Shown: positions 1 through 8,000 of the stretch, in pieces | Layout: every line of letters begins with the position of its first letter | How positions within the stretch are numbered: the stretch's first letter is position 1 | From: a virus | Lineage: Duplodnaviria > Caudoviricetes | IMG/VR virus record: IMGVR_UViG_3300032373_000001 | Length of the DNA: 64,000 nt | Direction: 5' to 3' (one strand) | Notes under the pieces: model-generated | Seen by the model: the letters and a program-made list of their open reading frames with translations, nothing else | The model's database searches: none | What the model was told of the DNA's origin: nothing | Position numbers and translations under genes: made by a program

Positions 1-514
1 GGGCGAAGGCGTCGGCGAGGACAGCACCGCTGATCGGAGCGACGACCGGGATGTCGGGGTTCTCACCACCGGCGATCGAGTCGAAGCCTGAGGTCGCGAT
101 CGCGTCGAGAACGGCGAACACACGCTCATCCTCAGCAGCCTGGATCTGAGCCTGGGCCAGGTCCTGGGCGCGCTCGATGAGATCGAAACGGCGCTCCTTG
201 ATCTGGGTCAGGGGGATCTCAGGGTTCGATGCGATCTCGAACAGCGGGAAGATGACACGGCGGGGCTTGGTGATGGCGACGATGTTCTCGCCTTCCTCGC
301 CGACCACGTAGGCCGTGACATCGGGGTCCTTGTCGTAGATCGGCAGAGCGCCGTCCGGCAGCTGCTCGACCAGGAAGGTCTTGCGGCCGACGGCCATGTA
401 GTCGCGGCGCAGGCGCAGCGGCTGGGTCATGGAGGCGGCGAGCTTCGCGCGACCGGCTTGGGTGTTGAGGTGCGCCTTGATGAGGCGGGCCTTGACGTCG
501 TTGGAAACGGGCAT
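1..514 (-). CDS. Major capsid protein, N-terminal part (runs off the left edge; not in the ORF track)
   Basis: Manual translation from ATG at 514 (RBS GAGGAGG upstream): MPVSNDVKARLIKAHLNTQAGRAKLAASMTQPLRLRRDYMAVGRKTFLVEQLPDGALPIYDKDPDVTAYVVGEEG...FEIASNPEIPLTQIKERRFDLIERAQ..., open to position 2. Resembles HK97-fold capsids of large myoviruses; follows protease-scaffold-decoration genes; strong codon bias. Confidence 0.85.
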   Translation of the reverse strand, partial: MPVSNDVKARLIKAHLNTQAGRAKLAASMTQPLRLRRDYMAVGRKTFLVEQLPDGALPIYDKDPDVTAYVVGEEGENIVAITKPRRVIFPLFEIASNPEIPLTQIKERRFDLIERAQDLAQAQIQAAEDERVFAVLDAIATSGFDSIAGGENPDIPVVAPISGAVLADAFA

Positions 515-527
515 TTCTGATCCCTCC

Positions 528-1199
528 TCAGATGCGCTGATCGAAGACGATCTCGGACTGCGTGGAGTCCGAAGGCATCTTCAGAATGCCGATCGTGGTT
601 GCCCCGCCCACCGCGGAGTTGGTAGCTTCCAGGAAGAAAGCAGAGGTCGTGGAGATGTCAGCACCGGCACTGTCGACCCGGGGGGCGAGGTAGCCGTTGT
701 CCGAGGCAGCGAGGGCCATTCCAGCGGTGTAGGTCAGGGCAGCACCCTGAGCGTAGGCACCGGCGGCTGCGAGCGCTGCGGTCTCGAAGAGCTGCGAGGC
801 GTAGGTGCCTTGCGAGGACATGTACGGACCCTTGCCAGAGGCGGGACCGGGGGTGTTCTCGTAGGCGTTGCCCACAGCGGTGTTGATGAAGCAGCCCAGC
901 GGACGGATCAGCGTGGCCTGCAGGGCGGTGATGCCACCAGCAGCGACGGTGTTCGGACCGCCGATGTAGTTGGCTCCGACGTCCGGGCGGGTGAAGGCGA
1001 CCGAGCCACTCAGGACACCAAGCGTCGCAGTGTCGACGTTGTCCGAGATGGTGGAAGCGGTGGTGACGATCGGGGGGTTGGTCTGCGTAAAGGCGTCATC
1101 CGTCAGGATGCCAACCGTGTTCCGCACGCCGACGTGCAGAAGACGCAGGGCCGAGGAGCTCTCGGTCCAACCACCACTCGCCTGTCCAAGCAGAGACAT
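528..1199 (-). CDS. Putative capsid decoration/head-associated structural protein
   Basis: 223 aa, Ala/Gly/Thr-rich, immediately upstream of the capsid gene, RBS AGGAG; assigned from position only. Confidence 0.55.
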   Translation of the reverse strand: MSLLGQASGGWTESSSALRLLHVGVRNTVGILTDDAFTQTNPPIVTTASTISDNVDTATLGVLSGSVAFTRPDVGANYIGGPNTVAAGGITALQATLIRPLGCFINTAVGNAYENTPGPASGKGPYMSSQGTYASQLFETAALAAAGAYAQGAALTYTAGMALAASDNGYLAPRVDSAGADISTTSAFFLEATNSAVGGATTIGILKMPSDSTQSEIVFDQRI

Positions 1200-1297
1200 T
1201 CGATTCTCCTACTCTTTGTTCACAGGTTGGGTGAGACGACTGGTGGACAACCCCCCAGTCTTGACAGCAAAAGAGCCGTCTACAGAAGAGGGAGGCT

Positions 1298-1313
1298 TAT
1301 TGGCACACTATTC
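1298..1313 (-). promoter_or_regulatory. Weak instance of the recurring promoter-like motif (GAATAG-N6-AATA)
   Basis: Partial match to CGGTAG-N6-TATC, upstream of the decoration/capsid genes and just after a terminator. Confidence 0.35.
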
Positions 1314-1352
1314 AAAGAAAAGACCTCCTCTTGTGAGAAAAGAGGAGGTCTT
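1313..1352 (-). terminator. Rho-independent terminator after the scaffold gene
   Basis: Inverted repeat AAGACCTCCTCTT (1320-1332) / AAGAGGAGGTCTT (1340-1352), followed on the minus strand by TTTCTTT. Confidence 0.75.
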
Positions 1353-1386
1353 ATTTATGCGACGGGGCTTGACGCCCCTTGCAAGA

Positions 1387-2580
1387 TCACTGGAAGTGGC
1401 TGGTCACGTCCGGAGCCGACTGCCAGAGCTGGCTGAGGTCCATGTCACCCTCGGCCGAAGCCTCCTTGGTGACAGTGCCCAGCGTGGACGGGCCGGTCGA
1501 AGCCTTCTTGGGCTGCGGCTTGAGGTCGAGCTCGGAGGCTTCCTTGGCCTGCTCGTCGGCGAGACGGGAGACCTCATCGCCCTGGAGCTGGGCCAGGAGC
1601 GAGCGCTCCTCCTCATCGAGTGCCATGATGTTCATGGGGTCCATGTCCATCTCGACCTCCTCTTCCTCGTAGAAGGAAGAGGGCTCGTTCTGGTCCATGC
1701 CGACATCTTCCACGGCCTCGGGCTCCATCATGCCCTCTTCGCGCATCATCTCCATGTACATGGCTTCGTAGTCGTCGCCTCCCATGGGCTCACCGCAGGC
1801 TGCCTGAGAGGCCATGCCCTCTTCGTCGCAGGCCTTCTTCTTGGCCTCCTCGTCGACCTCGACCTCGACCTCCTCCTCATCGCTGTCGTCATCGCTGTCG
1901 TCATCGCTGTCGTCATCGCTGTCGTCGTCATCATCCTCATCGCCCTCATCGTCATCCTCGGCGAGGCGCATGAGGATGCGCTCCAGGCGGGCGACGCGGG
2001 ACTCGGTGTCGTCTTCGGCAGCGAAGCGGGTCAGGACGCGCTCCAGCGTCGCGATGCGGCCTTCCAGGGAAGCCTGCTTCTCTGACTCCTCCACCCCCTC
2101 AGCCTTGTGCTCGACCTCCTCCTGGATGGTCTCAGCGGCCTCAGCCTCAGCCTTCTCTTCCTTCTCGGTGCCCGCGGCCTTGTCCTCGGCCTGCTTGTTG
2201 AGGTTCTCGAGGCTGGTGAAGATGTGGGACTCGGGCAGGTCCATGAACAGGCTGGCTTGCCTCTCGACCTTCATCACGTCGGCGTCGGTGGAGGGCTCGC
2301 CCAACATCGCCGTGGCGAGGCGCAGGCAGAGGTTGGCCTTCTCGATGGCAGCCATCTTGGAAGCCGGGTGGTCGTGGCCCTCATTCGGGACAGCGGGTGC
2401 AGGTCCGTTCGGGTACGGGCCGGGGTGCGGGTCCTCAGCCCAGGAGCTGGGGTCGCCGTTCTCGTACTTGTCAGCCTCGGGGTCGGGCTGAGAGTGAGCG
2501 GGCGATGCCGGTCCTTCGTTGGGCACGGCGGGAGCCGCCGAGCTCTTCTTGTTGTTCCAGGTCAGTCGTTGACGAGCCAT
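1387..2580 (-). CDS. Putative capsid scaffolding protein (highly acidic)
   Basis: About 397 aa, very D/E-rich, helical repeats (RIATLERVL/RVARLERIL), between the protease and capsid genes; many K/R-x-A-S motifs. Confidence 0.7.
   Translation of the reverse strand: MARQRLTWNNKKSSAAPAVPNEGPASPAHSQPDPEADKYENGDPSSWAEDPHPGPYPNGPAPAVPNEGHDHPASKMAAIEKANLCLRLATAMLGEPSTDADVMKVERQASLFMDLPESHIFTSLENLNKQAEDKAAGTEKEEKAEAEAAETIQEEVEHKAEGVEESEKQASLEGRIATLERVLTRFAAEDDTESRVARLERILMRLAEDDDEGDEDDDDDSDDDSDDDSDDDSDEEEVEVEVDEEAKKKACDEEGMASQAACGEPMGGDDYEAMYMEMMREEGMMEPEAVEDVGMDQNEPSSFYEEEEVEMDMDPMNIMALDEEERSLLAQLQGDEVSRLADEQAKEASELDLKPQPKKASTGPSTLGTVTKEASAEGDMDLSQLWQSAPDVTSHFQ
1879..1926. repeat. 12-bp tandem repeat x4 (ATCGCTGTCGTC) encoding DDSD repeats in the scaffold
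   Basis: Four exact copies read directly from the sequence. Confidence 0.9.
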
Positions 2581-2592
2581 CACGAACTCCTC

Positions 2593-4047
2593 TTAGAGGG
2601 TTTGCGGGTTGTTGTTGCGCTCCCACTTGGAGAGCAAGGAGCCGACCCGGACAACAACCCGGAGTTCGGCAGAGGAAAGCTCCCTCCCCGCCGCGCGCAG
2701 GATGGCGCGCTTGTAGTCTTGCGGGGAAGTGTAGCGAACCGGGGAACCGACCTTCAGCGCCACCCGGTAGGGTGCGGGGTCGGTCGGGATGCCGTAGGCT
2801 TGGTTCAGGGTGGCGACCCCTTCCACCAAAGCCACTTGGGAAGAGGCGGTGCGGGTCAGCAGGTCCATGCTGACATGGTACGCCTTGCGAGCAAGTCGGG
2901 CACCAGCCTCTCGCTGAATCGAATCGTTGGGCTGGAATGTGACCTCCGAGTCTGCCTCGGACGCCTCATCTTCCCTCAAGTCCTCATCGATGCGGTCGTG
3001 GACCTTGTCCTTGACCTTCTCGTAGACCTTCTCGGTGAGGTCTTCGAAAGGCTTCTTCGGCTCTTCGCCCTTCGGCGCATCGCCCCCTTCCTCGTCGTCG
3101 TCCTCGAAGTCGAACGCCTTGCAGAACTTGGGGAGGGTGAGGTTGGCAGCCTTGCTCATGGCGGTGTCGGACCAGCCGGTGGGGGCCTGGGCCAGAACAT
3201 CCCGCAGAGCCTTCTTGACCTGAGCGGGAGGGAGGTCACCTGCATCGATCAGGTTGCGCATGACCGCCCCAGGGAAAGCCGGGACCTTGACCCAGCTGGC
3301 CTCGATGAAGTTCACGCCGCCCGGAGCGTCAGGGTTGTCCTTGTAGTCGATGTGGCCGCAGAGCTCTGCAACGACGCGCTTCTGTTGGCGCTCGTCCAAG
3401 AAGCTATTGAGCTTGCTGATCTTGATGTGGTCGCAGAGGTCCGTCTCATCGACCGCGACATGGCCGCACTGAGAGCAGATGGTGAAGTCTGTGGTACAGC
3501 CCATGCTGAGGGTGCCCATGACCCCAGCCCTGATGTCGCGGACCAGGGTCTCGTGCTTCCGGTCGGTGGCGACCAGAATGTCGATGTAGACCGAATCCCC
3601 GATGTCGCGGGCGACCGCATCCAGGATGCGACCCTTACTCTGGGCCTCGATCTGGACGTGCTCTTGGAAGTTGTGGCCCGCGATGAAGGTGGGGTAGCTC
3701 GCCGTCAGGACCGGACGGCTCCAGCAGTCGCCGTTGTTGTTGACGAACTGAGCCGACTTGTCGGTGATGTAGAAGTCGCCCCAACGACGGTCGATGGTCC
3801 GGGACCCGACCCGGACCCGACCCAGCTTGGCGTTGGGGGCCTGCTCAGTATCCACCGAAGCCACGATGGTGCAGTGAGTGAACAGGTACTTGTCGGGGTC
3901 CAGGCTGCCGCCCAAAATCTCCCTCGCCTGATCTGTCAAGTTGCGGTTGCTCGCACCCGAGGTTGCAGCGGTGCGCGTTCGGCTCCACTGGCGACGACTC
4001 ACGTAGGGGTGAACCACCATGGCATTGGCTTTCTTCGAGTGAGCCAT
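2593..4047 (-). CDS. Prohead maturation protease (HK97/assemblin-like) with C-terminal extension
   Basis: Motifs NNNGDCW, FIAGHNFQEH (His), GTLSMGC (Ser), Cys cluster CSQCGH...CDH, then FIEASWV.VPAF; position upstream of scaffold and capsid genes. Confidence 0.75.
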   Translation of the reverse strand: MAHSKKANAMVVHPYVSRRQWSRTRTAATSGASNRNLTDQAREILGGSLDPDKYLFTHCTIVASVDTEQAPNAKLGRVRVGSRTIDRRWGDFYITDKSAQFVNNNGDCWSRPVLTASYPTFIAGHNFQEHVQIEAQSKGRILDAVARDIGDSVYIDILVATDRKHETLVRDIRAGVMGTLSMGCTTDFTICSQCGHVAVDETDLCDHIKISKLNSFLDERQQKRVVAELCGHIDYKDNPDAPGGVNFIEASWVKVPAFPGAVMRNLIDAGDLPPAQVKKALRDVLAQAPTGWSDTAMSKAANLTLPKFCKAFDFEDDDEEGGDAPKGEEPKKPFEDLTEKVYEKVKDKVHDRIDEDLREDEASEADSEVTFQPNDSIQREAGARLARKAYHVSMDLLTRTASSQVALVEGVATLNQAYGIPTDPAPYRVALKVGSPVRYTSPQDYKRAILRAAGRELSSAELRVVVRVGSLLSKWERNNNPQTL

Positions 4048-4604
4048 CAGAGCCCTCCTTCGTCCACGCAGTCCGGGTCGAGCGCCGGGGCGTTGTGGGG
4101 GTGGTTCACGATGTCGTCAGTCTTGACGAGAAACATGCAGTTCGGGCAACCCATGAGGCGAGTGCTCTTGCCGTCCCGCCTCTTGTAGATGGCCTTCTTG
4201 AGGGGGGAATTCGGACCACAACGAGGACAACAGGGGCGACCGTCCGACAACTCGTTCTTCGTCATCCGGTAGCGGCGGTCGCATTCCACCCAGTACATCG
4301 CGCGAACACCTCGACCGGACCCTCCTGCGGGGACACGAACGGTCGGGGTTCCGCCTGGTGTTGAGTTGATTCGGGTGGGGATCACGTTGCCATTCTCATC
4401 GAAGTGCTGAAGGTCCTCCGCAGGAAAGCGGCGGTTGCCCGAGCCAGGGAACTCTACGTCCACCATGCCGATGGCAGGATAAACTGCAGTGACGGTGCCA
4501 GTCATGCTTTGAACGAAGCCGAACGGAGCCGCACGGTCCCCGACCGAGAACTCACGCCCTCGCTCTTGGTAGTCGACGTAATCCGCTGCGGCTTGCCGGG
4601 TCAT
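4047..4604 (-). CDS. Hypothetical protein with C-terminal zinc ribbon
   Basis: CCPRC...CPNC; RBS GAGGAG before ATG 4604; TGATG coupling to the protease gene. Confidence 0.6.
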   Translation of the reverse strand: MTRQAAADYVDYQERGREFSVGDRAAPFGFVQSMTGTVTAVYPAIGMVDVEFPGSGNRRFPAEDLQHFDENGNVIPTRINSTPGGTPTVRVPAGGSGRGVRAMYWVECDRRYRMTKNELSDGRPCCPRCGPNSPLKKAIYKRRDGKSTRLMGCPNCMFLVKTDDIVNHPHNAPALDPDCVDEGGL

Positions 4605-4609
4605 GAAGG

Positions 4610-5008
4610 TCACTCCTCGAAGAGGTTGAGTCCCAGGGCGGCGAACTTGGAGCCGAGGTCTTCGAGGGTGTTGCCCTCAACACGCTCCAACAGCTCCCCG
4701 CTCTCCTCGCCGTCGAAGGTGGCCATGTACGGCTCGTCGGCATCGTGCTCCAGCGGGGGCTGAACCTCAGCGATCTGGTTGGGGTCCCAACCACCGTTGG
4801 AAGCAGAGGCATCCTTGGTCTCGATCGGGAAGTTGCGGGCCGCAACCTTCTCGACGTGATCGCTGAGCAGATCCAGGCGCGTCTGCATGTCGCGTGCAAC
4901 CTTGGTGTCGATCTCCAAGACCTCGCTGGCCTCCTGGAGGAGGTCAGCGACCCGGTCGAAGAGGGCAGTGACATTGAGGGCACCCTTGCGGGTCAGCTTG
5001 TTGGCCAT
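4610..5008 (-). CDS. Hypothetical head-region protein
   Basis: 132 aa, RBS AGGAGG; carries a WDPNQI...DADEPYM motif also found in 39842-41023. Confidence 0.65.
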   Translation of the reverse strand: MANKLTRKGALNVTALFDRVADLLQEASEVLEIDTKVARDMQTRLDLLSDHVEKVAARNFPIETKDASASNGGWDPNQIAEVQPPLEHDADEPYMATFDGEESGELLERVEGNTLEDLGSKFAALGLNLFEE

Positions 5009-5060
5009 CAGGGCCTCCTGCAGATTAAGATGCTACACCAGGACACAAATAAGTGTCCTG

Positions 5061-5076
5061 TATTGACAATCCACCG
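5061..5076 (-). promoter_or_regulatory. Promoter-like motif CGGTGG-N6-AATA with an adjacent hairpin
   Basis: Intergenic; followed directly by the stem CAGGACAC/GTGTCCTG (5039-5060). Confidence 0.5.
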
Positions 5077-5088
5077 GGAGTAAAACGA

Positions 5089-8000
5089 TCAATTCCGGTG
5101 CAAATCGGACGCTTGCTTGCCGGTGGCAGTGATGAGGTTCTTCAGGTACTCCTGAACCCAATCGAGGAAGGCACGCTTAGACCGCAACTCTGTCATCTTG
5201 CGTTTAGGGGCAGCTTTGGCCCGCGCTTTCTTGGCAGCCCTCTTGTGGTCAGCGACCACTGCTTCGCGGCCGACCTCTTTGGTCACCGCCGGGTCCAAGA
5301 ACGCGGTCTCAGCCTGCATCAAGTCGATGAGGTGCTGCCGGATCTCATTGCGGTCCTCGTCGCTGAGGTAGCCTGAGCGGTCGGGGTCGGTGAGGAACTG
5401 AACCAGGGAGGCACCCGGATGGTCTTCCGGCAAGAGATCTTCCAAGTCTTGGTCCGTCAGATCCTCGTAGATGCTGCGCATCATGCGCTGGTCTGCCAGA
5501 CCCGAGCCACCGTACATGGAGAGGCCAGCCAACTTGTCCAGGGACCCAGCTTTATCTGCTGCCTGAACCAAGCGTGCCATAGAGCTGGCAACGCCCGTAG
5601 CCTTGTCCCCGTCTTGGATGGCGCTGGCCATCCCGATCCCACGCTGGATCGCCTCAAGGTGGTCCCGTTGGGCACTGTCCTCGGGAAGACCCTCAATCTT
5701 CTCTTCGACCCTTTCCCAGTGTCGCTGACGGGTATCCGCATCCAGCTTCTTGTAGGAAGAGACCGCGCTCAAGGCACGCTCCGCAGCAGCCTTCTTGCTC
5801 TCCTCGGAAGAAGCCTCACCCTTCGGAGGAAGCGGGTCTTCCAAGTCTACTGCGGGGTTGTCCAGCACGTTTTCGTAGTAGGCCATAAGCGCCAGGTTCT
5901 CCGCCAAGGTGGTGGGGTCCTTCACCGAACCTTTCTGGACCTGATCCGTCATATCCTTCAGGGCTTCCAGCAGCCGAGAACTGTCGGGGATGGCCTCTCG
6001 AACCAGCGAGGAGGACGCAGTACTGAACTGCTCCTTGAACTCCTCATACTGATCCGCCCCGAAAGAGTCCAAGACCTCGCGAGTCTTGTCGCGGGAGTCC
6101 TCGGGAACCCCCCTCAGTGCCCTGGTGGTGTACTTCTTCCGCTCCGTAAAATAGCGGTCCAGGGAGACCTCCGAGCTCTCATCCTCTTTCGGCTTGTCCG
6201 CCGAGGGAGCCTCTTTCTCGGGAGCCGCCTCATTCTGCTGGCGGAGCTTCTCTTGCTGAGACTCAGGCAGGGAACCGAACTCGACCTTGTTCCCGGTCTC
6301 TTCGGAGGTGTACTCCTTGCCCTCTGCCCAGTCAGGAACCTTCGCTGCCATACGAGCTACCCTGGCAGCGCTGGGCATGCGAGGGTAGCTTCGATCAAAA
6401 GGGTCGGGGGTCGGGACCCCCGAGGCCCGCTGTTCGCACTGACGCGACCGGATGCGGGTCTCATGTAGACCCGCATCCTTGTAGTTCTGGGAGCGGTCTT
6501 TCTTGTCCTGCTTCTCGTCGGGATCCTGATCTCCGTCGGTGTCGACCTTGCGGTTCCGGAGGTCCATGCGAGGAGGCTTCTTCTTGGGGGACTGCTGTAC
6601 CAGTTTCTCAGCTTCCCGGTCGTCCTTCTCCCCCTCGCTGAGAGTCGACTGCTTGAACCAGACTGCGGAGAGCTGACCCGACAAGGATGCCTTGACCTTC
6701 TTGCCCTTGTTCCGCTTCTCGTTGACCCACCGCCAGAACTGACCGATGGGCATGGTGGAGATCTCACCCTCCTTGAAGTATCCGGGCTTAGAGTACTGGT
6801 TCTTGTAGGCCCCGATGGCCTCCTCGACCGAGTTGAACCCCAGCATCACCTTGTCTTCATCGTACTTCCCGTCCCAAGGGTTGTGCTGATGAACCACGAC
6901 CACCAGAGAGCTGTCGTGGTTATCGCCCACATACACGTCGAGCTTGTCGCCGTCCGTACCCTCGGTGCCCCGGATCTCCCCGTAGTGGCAGATCATCTTG
7001 ACGGACCAGGGCTCCCCGTCAGGGTCCGTGCCGGAGCGGGTGCTGCCCTTCTTGTTCTCCACGTCGATCTTGACGCCCTGGAAGTCGATGAAGCCTTCGA
7101 AAGGATACTCTTTCCGCTTGGCCTTGGGGGGGAGGACCTTGACCGGGTGGAAGTTATGGGGAGACTCGACCAACTTCTGGTTGGTCGAGGCGAACTTCAC
7201 CGTATAGCCAGCAATCTGACGGGTCAGGTCCCCCACGCGATAGCTGAGGAGCTGAGCCTCTTCGTTGTCCCAGAGGTCCCGCACGTCTTCAGCAAGGTCA
7301 TCGATGCGGCGGAACAAGCGGATAAACCCGAGACCCGGCAGGGCGGGTCGCTTGCCGCTGCGGGGCTTGATGTAGCCCTCTACGACCTCCCGGAACTGTC
7401 GGTGGAGGTCGTAGAGCTTCCGGGATGCCCGGTGTGCCCCTTCTACGGCAGCCTCTGCGGCCAGCGCCTTGGTAACCGTGCTCAGATCTTCAACCTGCTG
7501 ATGGAAGGGCGACCGGATCTTGAGCGGGAACACGTCTGCAAGTTTGAGGGTCGCGAACCTCCAAGCACGCGGTCGGGCCGACCCCTTGCGCACGGACTCC
7601 ACGTGACGCATGAACTTCAGAAACTTAAAGCTCAGCGACTGAAGCTCCCAACTCGGCCAAAGCTCCGACGCCTCGTAGAGTGCCTCATCAGCCTCTTTCA
7701 TCTTCCCCAAGAAGTAGTCCCACTTGGGTTCCACGAGCGGGTTCTTGCGGGACTGCTTCATAGAGGGCTCGATGCCATCGATGAACGCGGAAGACATCTT
7801 TGCGTAGGCCCGGCCCAGCAGGGCTTCAGCGGCCTGAGCTCCAGGGTCATCCCTGAACTTGGTGCGCGACCCATGGCTGAATGCAGCGATGCGCGCCATG
7901 AGGTTGTAGGATTCCTTGTAGAGCGGGAAATACCGCCACGCCGGGTCAGCGTATCGGGGGCGCTCCTGGCCCGCATCCATGAGCTGGAGGTTGTCGTAGA

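Noticed and set aside
1879-1926. Tandem repeat as a CRISPR array or origin iteron
   Set aside because: No spacers; it is an in-frame coding repeat (DDSD).
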